Origin: Phoronis australis
Taxonomy: Eukaryota > Animalia > Phoronida
Direction: 5' to 3'
DNA length: 64,000 nt
NCBI GenBank assembly: GCA_002633005.1
Contig: NMRA01000097.1
Coordinates: forward strand, 384,686-448,685
Below are positions 26,101-38,100 of the stretch, piece after piece. Within the stretch, counting starts at the first letter, position 1; each line of letters opens with the position of its first letter. The translations under genes and the position numbers were made by a program. The notes beneath the pieces were generated by a model, which ran no database searches, was not told where the DNA came from, and was given only the letters and a program-made list of their open reading frames with translations.

Positions 26101-29100
26101 CAAAAGTATGCTTATGAGATTAATTAAATTTAATTTCTAACCGTTGCTGTGCATATTGAATTCCAATGTAATATTAGTAACCCGTGCCAAATAAAGTCGT
26201 GTGGATTCTGCAAGCCACGTACTGTTTAACGTGCAAGACAAATGCGATAGGCATTAGCGCGTCGCAGTGTTATCGCCTAGGGAATTGTTTTCTTGTGTTG
26301 GATGCAGCATAACAAGACTCACGACATCATGTCTTGGGCTAACATGAGCCGGTTACCGATAAAGGGTAACCATGGTAATTAGGATTGTCCTGAAATCCCG
26401 TCGACCCCATCAACCCTCGACACATGACCCCTCGATACACAACCCTCACGACCTTCGACCCACGACCCAGAACCCCGTCGACCCGGTCTACACAAGATCG
26501 ATTCGATCTGAACATAGAACAAGAGCTGACATGTAGGACCAATCAGTTGGGCCGTTAACTCGGCTGGACTTTCCCTGTTTTTTGAAGCAGTCGATTCGGC
26601 AAGTTTGAAATAAAAAAACCGATGTCGTTTCCGGCAGAGCGTAATCGTGTCGCCTGCTCTTCAGCGAATTGCAGAGTGCGTGGAACGACAAAACTGTAAT
26701 TTCACCTGTAAATGCAGTTTGAAAAAAGCAAACTGTTACTAAACAGTATTTCAACGTTATATGGAGTATATTGTAAAAGAGTATTAAATATAAAGCAAGT
26801 AAAAATATAGAGTTATTTACATTCACGTTAACGGACACTCTCCCTAAATTTATTAATACTGTGCCGTCGATAGCCTCCTGTGGAACTATTTCCTCGACAA
26901 CGATAGCGCGCTCACAATGCGCTAATTAAGACCACCGGCGTTTTCAGGCCACTTTTTCTTTTCAATCACCAGACTTCAGTCAGGGCCGACTCGCTTGGAG
27001 GTATCTCTGATGGGAAAGTCGCCCAGCAACGTCATAAGATCATGAAATATGTAAATCGCACATAATATACCTCTAGTGCCATAAGTCGTGGGTGGAGGGG
27101 GTCGTGGGTCGAGGGGGTGGAGGGGGTCGGGGGTCGAGAGGGTGGANTGGAGGGGTGTGAGAGTCGATTGGGTTGCATTGCAATTCTTATCTTTAATAAC
27201 AGAACGAACAACAATTGAATAATGAATAGGCTTTTCTAGCAATGTCTACGAGGTTTGACTTAGTTTCTCGTGGGAATGCGACATTTCAAGAATGTGCTAC
27301 TGGTAGAAATATGGAAAGCGCTGCTCATTATATAAAATTCTACATTGCCTCATCAGAGTAACCACGTACATGTAAACAAGTTGATAAAATAATGGGAATT
27401 GAAATTGCCAAAAGTTCCAATACCTGATCATATCCATTAAGTTTAGACTGCCGTACACCTTCAAATTAAAGTTACAAACTATGATATCTGGTCCAACTTT
27501 TAAACACATTGTATATAAGTTTCGCTATTCTTGTATGATTGAATTGCAGGCTACCACGTACATATTTTGTACTCGAGTCGTATACAAAAAATTGTTTTGA
27601 ATGCCTCAGTAGTGAACCCATGGTTAAAACTCCATTCAAAACAACTATGTAAGGAGTGGACTGACACAGTTCTTAGCATTATTATTTTGATCAGTTGTGT
27701 TGCTTGTGTTATTGATTGCCATCACTACTGCTGTCAGTACATTGGTGATGTAATTTGATTAGCAAAGAATAGAGTGGGATATTCTAGAAGAATCTAGCTT
27801 GTAGGGGATTGATGTAATCTTCACCATTCCAGAGTCTTCTATATGTTTGTAGAGCGATTGGGTGGATTACGGAAAGTTCTAGAATGTGCTTAATTTAGTG
27901 AAAACGTGCTAGCATATTGCATCAGAATATAAATACCCAACCACGGGTTTGTGATAGTTAGCCAAGTCTTGAATCTCAGTGAGTTACAAGAGAGTTACAG
28001 TTGCGTTGCATTAAAGAGAATCAGCAGCTACAGCGGTAGTCAATAGAGAGCCAGCTAAAGAGACAGCAAGTTATTGAATTAACGAGTCTAGCAATTGCTG
28101 GAAGTTACTCAGATGTTCATCACAACCAAAGATCAAATATTACATCCGAAATTTTGTTTGAGTAGGTTTATGAGCGTTCGGTCGACATTAATAAAATGAT
28201 AAATCGAACAAATCTTAAAGTCCTATCGTTGCACTGAACGCTGTTACACCGTAGCACCGGTCGATAACCACATGCGCCCACCCACGCATGGTAAAAAACC
28301 TGGAAACTGGAGAACTAAGCCATTGCATTGCAGGATTGGAATAAACATACGAGAGCAAATTAGTTAAATTCTGTGTCCAAGTTCGAAGACTAGGCTCTGT
28401 TTGACGTCAGTCAATTCAACTAAGTTTTACCGATTAAGGTAATGTAAACTGTACGATTAATGTCCAGAAAGTTTGTTTGGCGTATACTGGAGCGTTTTAC
28501 CCGTCCCTTGTTAAATGAGGATGTCTATATCGCAAAACATGGCTTTAACTATCGGACATTGTAGCCACAAAATACGGTATATTTGTTTACGAAGATAAGC
28601 GAGTAGACGAAGTTAAAGAAGATTAAATGGCTTTTGGTGAAGGACAAATATATGTATGGGGTAGCATTGAATTAAAGGAAAGTGGATATCTTTATTGTAA
28701 TTAAATGTCATTTTTTTAATGTTCACCACCTTCTGTATAACCAGGTTAGGGTTACATTTTCTGATTTTTTTAACACAACAGAGTGTCTAGGATTTACCCT
28801 TACTATGATTTTCATCAACAATGAAACTCTGGCTTTAAATTCATAGATTGATAAGTTGAAAATCGTAATACGTAACTCTAGCAATGAGTGTATTACAATA
28901 GGAGGTTCCACTCCGACATGACATTCGCCGCAATGGCTATCGGTCGAAAAACTAGCGCCCCAAGCGGCGAATGAACAAAACTTAACGCAATATTGGAGAG
29001 TGCTACTAGTCACGTGACACGGCTAATTGTCGTGTAAACAAACGGGTTAAATTGTCCTTTTCAAAGCGCGATATCTAACAAATAAAGAGGTCGAAGAGTG

Positions 29101-32100
29101 TGATTTGTTCCAGAAACCTACAAAAACATGTGATGTAGCACTTACATGAGTTAATCAGTCGATAGCGAAAATACCAAACTATTAGATGATCGCAACCCGT
29201 GGCAGATTCTCAATCCACTGCCAGCGTTTTCTTTTTCGTTTTTTCAAGAGATACCACTACGATCGCAAAAAAATATCATTTAATTCGTTTCGTTCGATGC
29301 AAGACCCAGAAGACGTGCTGCTCACTTGGGAATTATACTCTCAGTGTGCCCTAATAAGCCTTTTCACTGAACAATGACCCCGGGAAACTTTGTAAAATTG
29401 AAATATGACCCGGATTGCTTTTATTGGGGTCCAAATTTAATGCGAACTACTGTGAAAAATGACCTCATTGCTGTCATCTAAATAAATGACAGGTTTTTAA
29501 AGTTCATTAGGGCGTTCTTCCGTTCCATACAGCGGTTGTGAGCGTGTGATAACATCTAGCTCCTTTGTTAAATGCTGAGCAATGTCATTTGTCTGGTAGG
29601 ACAACTTGCAGAGAAGTTATCTACCAGGCTTATAACCGATCACTTGTAAACACAGTCAAACCCAGTACGTTGGTACGTTCGGACAGAATAGTCTTAACTT
29701 CGATTGTAGTTGAGCGATTTTGGTGATTAAAAAACTATAGGCTTAACCAGTATTTGATGGGCATTTCAGAAATGTCATTGGTTTATACATGTATTCAAAC
29801 ACATAACTGATCTTATTTTTAACAGCATAGCCCAGTGAGGATATAAAATACGATCTTATCGGCGATCAGAGCAATTATCGAGCAAAAGAGAGCTGACCCT
29901 CCAACCTTAATAGCCAGAGTGGACTTAATTAGTCGTCAGTGTAAGATATTGGCTACAACGGTCATCCGCCCAACTTGTTGTGATATACAACTTAACAAGT
30001 TAGACTTAACGGGAGAACGTCGCAATGTAAAAAGGAAAGAACACAGACTGAGTACCTTATCTGTGCATCTCTCGGGATTACCAAAGTACAAATATTAATC
30101 TCTCACGCACGGCATTTCTCTCTCACGGATATGAAGTCGCCCCGATCAAGCACCAGGCACTTGTTGGCGTTTTGTAGTATCCCCACACCGTGTAATTGTG
30201 TGCTCACAAAGAGATCAGCCCGCTCCCACGCATTGTTTTGGTTCCTATCCATCCCCGCCCTTAATCTGATATACGTACTACGCGACTCTGAGCCGAACAA
30301 TTTAGTATAATTCCCTCCCTCACGCACGCTGTCTGCTTATCCCAACCCCCTGTTGCGGGAGAACCGTTGAATACTGACGGGATATTTTTCACGGACGTGG
30401 GGTCATTTTTCATGGGCTAGAAATTCTTCACATTAAATTTAGACCCCATGGAAAAACTAACCGGGGTCATCTTTCACGGGACATAATTAATGCTACATCG
30501 GCTCGGTTGTGTATATTTCCGTTCGGTTTGGAGTGGGAAATTGGGTATTTTGGGTAAAGGTTGGATGAGCAATTCAGTCGCACAGGTTTGATATTTTGGT
30601 TACTAAGTATGCACATTACTTTTTTGCGCAAGTTTCTTCACAAAACAGAGAGCTCGTAAGTAAGCAGTGCAAGTATACATGATTTCCAATATCAACAATA
30701 TACAGATTTTGCAGGAATTTGTTTGTTTTGATACAACAGAATACATACTGAGAAAGAGTTTTTAAAGCAGTATCTATTTCAAAATAGAATATACTATTCA
30801 CTAAGATGTACTGATTTCGATGGCTAGCGAGTAAGTTCTGGATGTTATTTTTCAGTACAAGTAAAAATACATATGATTGTAATTAATACAAAATATTTAC
30901 TTAAATACATTGTATAAGTAGCATGCACCATCATCATTGGATTACAGCATATGCTGATCAATAATTATCATTTTAGTTGACCTTACATGGACTAAATCAC
31001 CACGAATGGTATGGAAAATAACGCTTATGGTCACTCCGCTTAAACTATGGTGACGGAACATAAAATCCTAGTTGCAGCACCAATAAACTCCATGGCCGGA
31101 CCAAAAAACCCATGACTCAATGGAGGGACCAAAAAACTTAATTCTCTGGCTTCCGACATAAGACTATGAGCCCCCGCATTTCCTGACTGTTGCCGTAGTG
31201 TTTTCCGCCATTTCTGTCCTGTGTAGCATTCTCCAACATGGCGTCGCATTGACAAGGCGAGCTGCATGTATCTGAGTGGCGTGCGCCCTGTCTATGTGAT
31301 TTCTATGATGTAAACACTTATAAATTCATACTTTAAAGGAGAGTTCCACCTAATATCCTTAGACCTTTTATCGACGTAACTGGTCTATGTCCACATCACA
31401 TGTAATACGGTTGATCTTACCTCGCCGAGATGTTTTGCGTTAAGCTGTAGCAAAGGTGAGAAGCGACGCAGGGACGTCACTGGTTCTACTACAGAGTGAG
31501 TGCCGCTATTGTATGCTGTATCTTTCCCGCATATGTGAACTATAAAGCAGGGTGGAAAGCGCCTATACAGTTTTTCAATTTTCTAGAGAGCCCGTAATGC
31601 TTTGGAAGTGGCTACCGGCATTGAAGATTGAAAAGTGCGCCTCTGACGTCATTGGTTAGTTTCATTGCCTCCGTCTGCCGTCAGATATCAGGTAAAAGAA
31701 CTGTTCTAGTCGTCACCGAATAGAACTACTCGATCTAAATAGATACAAAATAGGTTGATTTTTGGATGGCACTCTCATTTAAAGGCGTCTGACCTGGAAT
31801 AATTTTTTGTGTGGTTGAATGGATAAAATATGTCACTTTGTAATCAAAAAGGAACTAAAATGGATTTCTTGCAAGCAGCTGTTCGTGTTTATTCATTTAG
31901 TTTGTACAGCGCAGATAATATTGACTAGTCCAAGGATAGACTGCTTAGTTAGAGAATACCCCACAAAATTTTTATCGACAGTCTTGTTTTTCAAGTTACA
32001 TGATGCTCTGGACAGAGAATTATTAGCAGTTTTGAGTTATTGAATACCCGTTTTTGCATAAGGTTGCGGGTCGAACAAAGCCGGGGGAACGTTGACCTTG

Positions 32101-35100
32101 TCAAACAGTTCGCTGGAAGTGGTTTTCAGTAGCAAACAAGAGCAATCGATTCATTTCGCTGAATGGCCGTTCACATTCAGTTGTACTAAGGGGGAGAGTC
32201 TCAATGCAGAGGTCCAGTTATTGCAGAGCACTCGGTAGGTTTACTCCGTCTCCTCCAGTTCTACGAACTCACACATTTCTATGATTCATTTTTGGCAACC
32301 ATCCCAAACCAAAAGCAAATACGCGTGGCTTCGTGTTAGCCATTTCGGCCACGTTTTGGGTCTGAGATGCCCAGTGTTCAACAAAATGACATCTCATCAT
32401 TATCACGTCAGCGACGCACCAAATTCACAACAGCACTTTGTATAAATTATACCGGGCTTATGATCACGCGTGCCTGAATATTCGGACAACAATGCTGTCG
32501 TGAGCGTGGCAGTGCATTCACAAACCATGATGGATTTAAAATCATCAAGACCGGGTTCAGTATCATGTTAAACAATTTAGACAGAGGAGAAGCAAGTTAC
32601 TGTGTTTTTTATCAATTGTGATTTCCATTGGTCTTCAGGAAGCATTGACAATTTACAACGGGTTACATTTAGAGAAATTACAGTGCAAAGCAATATACTT
32701 CGGCATGACTTTGCTCTACTTCCTACGAGGACAGCTGTACTGCGTTACGTTGCACTATGAACAACTCCCACTTACCAAAAGATCGTCTCAGATCATTTTC
32801 TTCTACAGTCATGGACACACCGTTACCATTCCAGCCCGTCTGGGCGAGCCCTAGAGTAATTCCTGTGCATTTTCCCACATGGAATTTTACTATGATGTCG
32901 CCAGATATTGGTAAATCACAGATGCCACCAACTAAAAGTGAGAATAAAAGATAGGTAGGTAAGTAAATACACAAGGATGAATGGGCACTTTTGTCTTACC
33001 AACCACACTTCTGATGTAAGGTAAGACTGGACATTGTTTTATCACATCTGCAAATGTTGATGGATTCCAAAAGACAAGTAGGGTTGTTGTTTGTGATGTA
33101 GAAATCGCAAAAAAATCATTTCTAGAAAAAAATATTCGGTTGACATTACAACGCCAAAAATTGCGTAACATTAGTGCGTGCACGAGAAATTTTATAACCT
33201 GTTAACATTTTTCTGATCTGTTTTCTTTGAATTATTATAAAAGTGAGGACCTACAAAACTACATAATTTATTTACAGTAATTTTTTAAACGGTATTCAAA
33301 GTTGAAAAAAGTAATAGAGAAATACCAATATTTCAGAAATCATATTTTTAAAGTTGAGATTTTGAAAAAAATACTTCAATACTTTTGTAGACATACATGT
33401 AAAGATAGTTCATGCCAAATGTCATGAGTATAGCTCAAACAGTTTTTTTATTTAGAACATTTCTTAGCGCAAAAATTCGCAATTTGAGAAACGCAAGAAA
33501 GAAAGTTGGCAACGCATTTATCGTTGCCGTGTCCTGTTATACATTATATAAAACACAGTTTTCCTGTAATCTTTAGCAGAATTTAGCTAATGTTCGTCGT
33601 AGAACCGTAGGTTTTTAGTTTCTGGGCTTCCTGCTCTGTCAATTTGCTATTTTTGGTACCCAACCTGGCTAGACGATCTCTGCTGTCTCCATGTACTTGC
33701 TAGAACTAGTGATTTTTTCACTAAAATTTCGAGATGACTCTCAATCCACTCAACACTGTTGTAGCAGTAACTTTCTGGCAAAACACACGATGGCAATACT
33801 TCATAATCCAAGACAAGTCCCATTGCATTTCCAACACCGTAGCGACACAAGAAACCGAGTTTGTGCCAAGTGCAAGCAAACGACACCCGTATGACAGTTT
33901 TTTAGAAATGCAGGAACTCGGTGTTATGAGCCAAGTGTCGTTACTGCAGACTGCCATGTTATGTTATGTTATGTTATGTTATGTTATGGTATTCCGATTT
34001 AAGCGTACGCATACGCGTGTTTCCCGCCATGTAAGTAGACTTGCTACTGTGTAGTTCTTGTGCCAGCTGTCGCTATCTCTAACTATTTATTATCGTGCTG
34101 CCCTTTTTTGAACGCCATTCCACAAACGTTTATGGTGGAGAAACGTCAACCTACATAGTTATTTTCAACAGAATTTGGATGGACTTGGGGCAAGATCGGC
34201 GTAAGTACTTGTGTTTCTTTATATTTACTAATTTACTTGCATTCTCTAGTATTAGTTTTCCCATGTTCTGTCAGGTGTATTCACGTTTCGAACGCATGCT
34301 ATCAGTTTATGCCTTTTGCCGTCGTCATTTTCTTGGGCGTTGTCCTCGAAATTAAAATGTTATATACATGTACACGGTATAGCATTATGCAAAGTGTAAA
34401 CTTGAACATAGCTTTTTTGTTATATTTCAGTTTACCATCTACTACGTCAACTTCTACGTATTCTACTGACAAATAAAGGAGTAAAGCCTCCGAGCCTGTT
34501 TTCTTTGCTCCAACAGTCATTAATTGATATACTTTAAACTGTGCAATTGAATTATTATACAAACGAACGTTGCAGTCAACTGAAGTGCACGAAATGACCA
34601 TTTTCTGTGAAAAGTCAGCAAACTTCTCAGTTTTACTAAATACCCAGGGTTCTGCAGAGCACGTACCAAGGCACTCCTTAACTGGAACAGGATCAGGTCA
34701 ACAGGTCAAGAAAACACCAGTCTACTTCCTCAGCACTCTAATGATTACTATAGTGGCTATCAACGTTAACATTAGTCAGTTTTCTCCTGGAAGCAGAGTT
34801 TGGAACAATTCCCCCACACACAAACATAATATAGCTTGAACTATCCTCCGACAACTACCATTCGTTATCACCCGCGACACTGGCCGAGTCATCGCAGTCG
34901 TTCACTTGCGCCTTGTTGAATGTCAAATTTTGCCACTCGCGCTTTTGAAAGCTATTATGTCCTGCTCCCCTTCGCTAAACGAAAAGGTCGCTGTACCGCT
35001 CGCTCTCTTAACCCCATTTTCAATCTGTGTTTCATAGAAGAAACGCAAAAAATTCCGAACTAATTAGTAAAATTTGATGTATTAAAGCCGTCAAAATGGC

Positions 35101-38100
35101 TGCCTGTTCTTCCCCGTTGCCAACGGGTTGCTAACGACGGGTACAAACGAAGCTGGTCATGTGTGCCAATTGACCAATCAGAATGCGTGTTGTCCTTATT
35201 ATTTTCCGTAACTGTTCGGCAGCCAATAAGAATGCATAAAGTAAGGCCTACAAAAAACATTTCTCAGCCGAATAACACGAAAATATCATTTTATAAATGA
35301 CAACTTCCGATAGAAGGCACAATTTCCTTCAGAACAAGCTGTAACTCATTTCGATCGGCCAAGACATCGGAGCTGTAGGCCCACGTAAATTTTGGTAATT
35401 CTGAGGGACATGTATTGGCGAAATATTACTCAAATTAAGTGAGGTTATTGACAAAGAATGTATATGCTTCTGTTTTCCACATGATTTGAGAATTTGGCAT
35501 AATTAAGTCACGTAAACTATACACTGAAGTGAATGATAAAAAGACGAAATCTGAAAATGTCCTAAAATCATCGATAGCACGATTTTGGACTGCCGTGTAT
35601 GACCGTAAATCTCTTCAGAAGTCGAGAACAATCAACTCAGTTCCCAATATTTCAACACATGCCAACATACATGTAAGACTCTCACCTTGGGCCGGGCGAT
35701 GATCATCCCTTGGTTTGACGTTGTGCCTTACAATCTCAATTTTACCGGGCGAGGAGCATTCTTTGTCGTTGAAAGTAAAGTACCAGCGATTACAACATTT
35801 GCTGCAGTTGTACCCAGCACGAACAATACCTCGGAAACGCACTCTCAGTGAAGTGAAAGAATATTGCTTCTTGAAAGTTTTTGTCTGAAACATAGAGCGA
35901 GTAGGTGACCTAAGAGTGTCAAACAGTGGTGCCCTCAGTCAATCTGGTTTTTGGAAAACCATGGGGATATTCCACTTAACTTTGAAGAAGAGTGCAGCTA
36001 GAAAATTATGATACCCATCAACTTAAAAAGGAACCACTTGTGGGAAGCTTCCGTGTCGTGGATGGTAGGGTTTTCTCCTCGAAAGAATAGATTTTTGTAT
36101 GTTCACCCAGCCACAACTCTCAAGTAATCTACACAAAAATTAAAGTGAGCTAACCCACAATAAAATGAGACCGAAGTGCGTGTAAAATTGTGTCAACTTT
36201 AAGATAAAACCAACTGAACACTTGATTGGTCCTCGAGATAAATGTTTGACTTTAAAGCGGCATGCCCGTGCTTACAGTCCCAAAGCAACGTTTGGATTTG
36301 AGCAGATGCCAGAACAAAAATGGTCGTATAGGATTCCTTAGAATCGCTTTCAGTGCTCGGAAACTTCCGAGTATGCGTTATGTTTTATGTATCAAGCAAT
36401 AACTCAAATTTGACGAAGAGAAAATAGAGACCATTGCCATGAAGATCACTGCCGTAAATCAAACTTGCTTTTTGACGGGCAGCACAAATTAAATACCGCT
36501 TTAAAGGAGAACGCCAACCAATTTAGACTGAGTAATTCTACTCGATAACAGCAACTTCAGTTCTGTTACGTTACACCAGGCGGCAGACGGAGGTTTTGAA
36601 ATTAACCAATTACGTCATAGGTTCAAGCGCAATCTGTCCAGCAGTTCACAACACGCTTGAATTCATCGTTTTGCACCAATAACAAGCTTCGATGCAAAAC
36701 CCTGACAAACACATCGAGTTCTTGAACAGACGTGTCGTTTTATTTCGATTTTTCGGATGTATAAGTTCAGTAGGCCAATTTACCAAGTACATGTACGGTC
36801 GCGGGGTTTTGAGGCTGTCCGGTGATCAATTCCAATTATTTGCCCATGGGAAAATATAGCTGTGTAATATTAAACTTGCGATTTTTTCAGTTCTAAACAC
36901 ACGAAACGCTTGTTATCGCGACCAGTGACTCGCAACCCAATCAGGCCCGACGACGGCCGGACTGAAGACATCACGAACATAAACCAGCTGGAAAAGTTTG
37001 AAACTAAACTTCAAGTCTCGAAAAGACCAAAATAGGGAGTTAAAGAAATAATGTTCGCGTGATTATTTAAGTGAAATGGCCGCGAAACTACAAATCTACT
37101 TATTCGGGGGACGCAAAGTCAGGTTCCCTTTTCACAGAACCGTCAGGTCAAAAGCTGTACAGTAACAATGATTCGTATATTGTATACGTGTATATCTCAA
37201 TAAAGACTCCCCATCTGACCATAGTACATAAAGACAAGTTATTGTTTCATAATAGCTTTCTGTCACCAAAAACTGGATTAACGTGCGCCTACACGGCCTC
37301 GATGCCCGGTAAATTAGCTGTATTGAATCTAGAGCCGGTAACGCAGTGATTTACTCAATGCTCGCTTCTCAAAATATTTGCACTCACAAACACTCCAAAG
37401 GCATTACAGATAGTATCTAATGAAACACTTTGTCTCAATTTGTTATAACCATTGGTTTGGGCGAGAATAATTCATTTTGAAACAGAGCATACAATAATAA
37501 ACGTCAACATGGTAACTTGAAATTCCGACTTAGACAAGTGCTCATGAATTTCTATTACTTCCCTGGCATGGGCTGTTTGGTAAGCCCGCTTTCTCCGGAG
37601 CTTCATTATTCGAAAAATATAACGTAGAATTGTTGTGAGGACTTGATAAGGACCTCAGGGGTCTCACAATCCCTGATTTATCCACATTATTTTGAAAACG
37701 CTTTTCCCAGTTACAGTCTGTGTGTCATAAAAGAGACAAGCACTCCTGCAGCTGACGCAGCAAGTACAACTACTATCATTTATCACATTGGTGTAGACTC
37801 ACAGTTGAACTGTGGTTTTCTTTTGACCCCAGGCCGTCCGGAGTTGCACCATATACATGTACCAACTCCGGACGGGTCTCACGACAATTTAGCGTTATGA
37901 AGCGCGAACATTACACCATAACAGCACTCACTCCGCAGAAGAAGTACTGACGTCGATGCGACGTTTACTTAACTTCCTGAAATGTTAACACGACACCTCT
38001 AGGTGAGGTAAGAACGACCGTGATGTGGATATAGACCGATTAAGACAGTGATTAATTCGGGTGTCATTCTCCTTGAAGACGTGTGGCGATGGAAGAGGCT

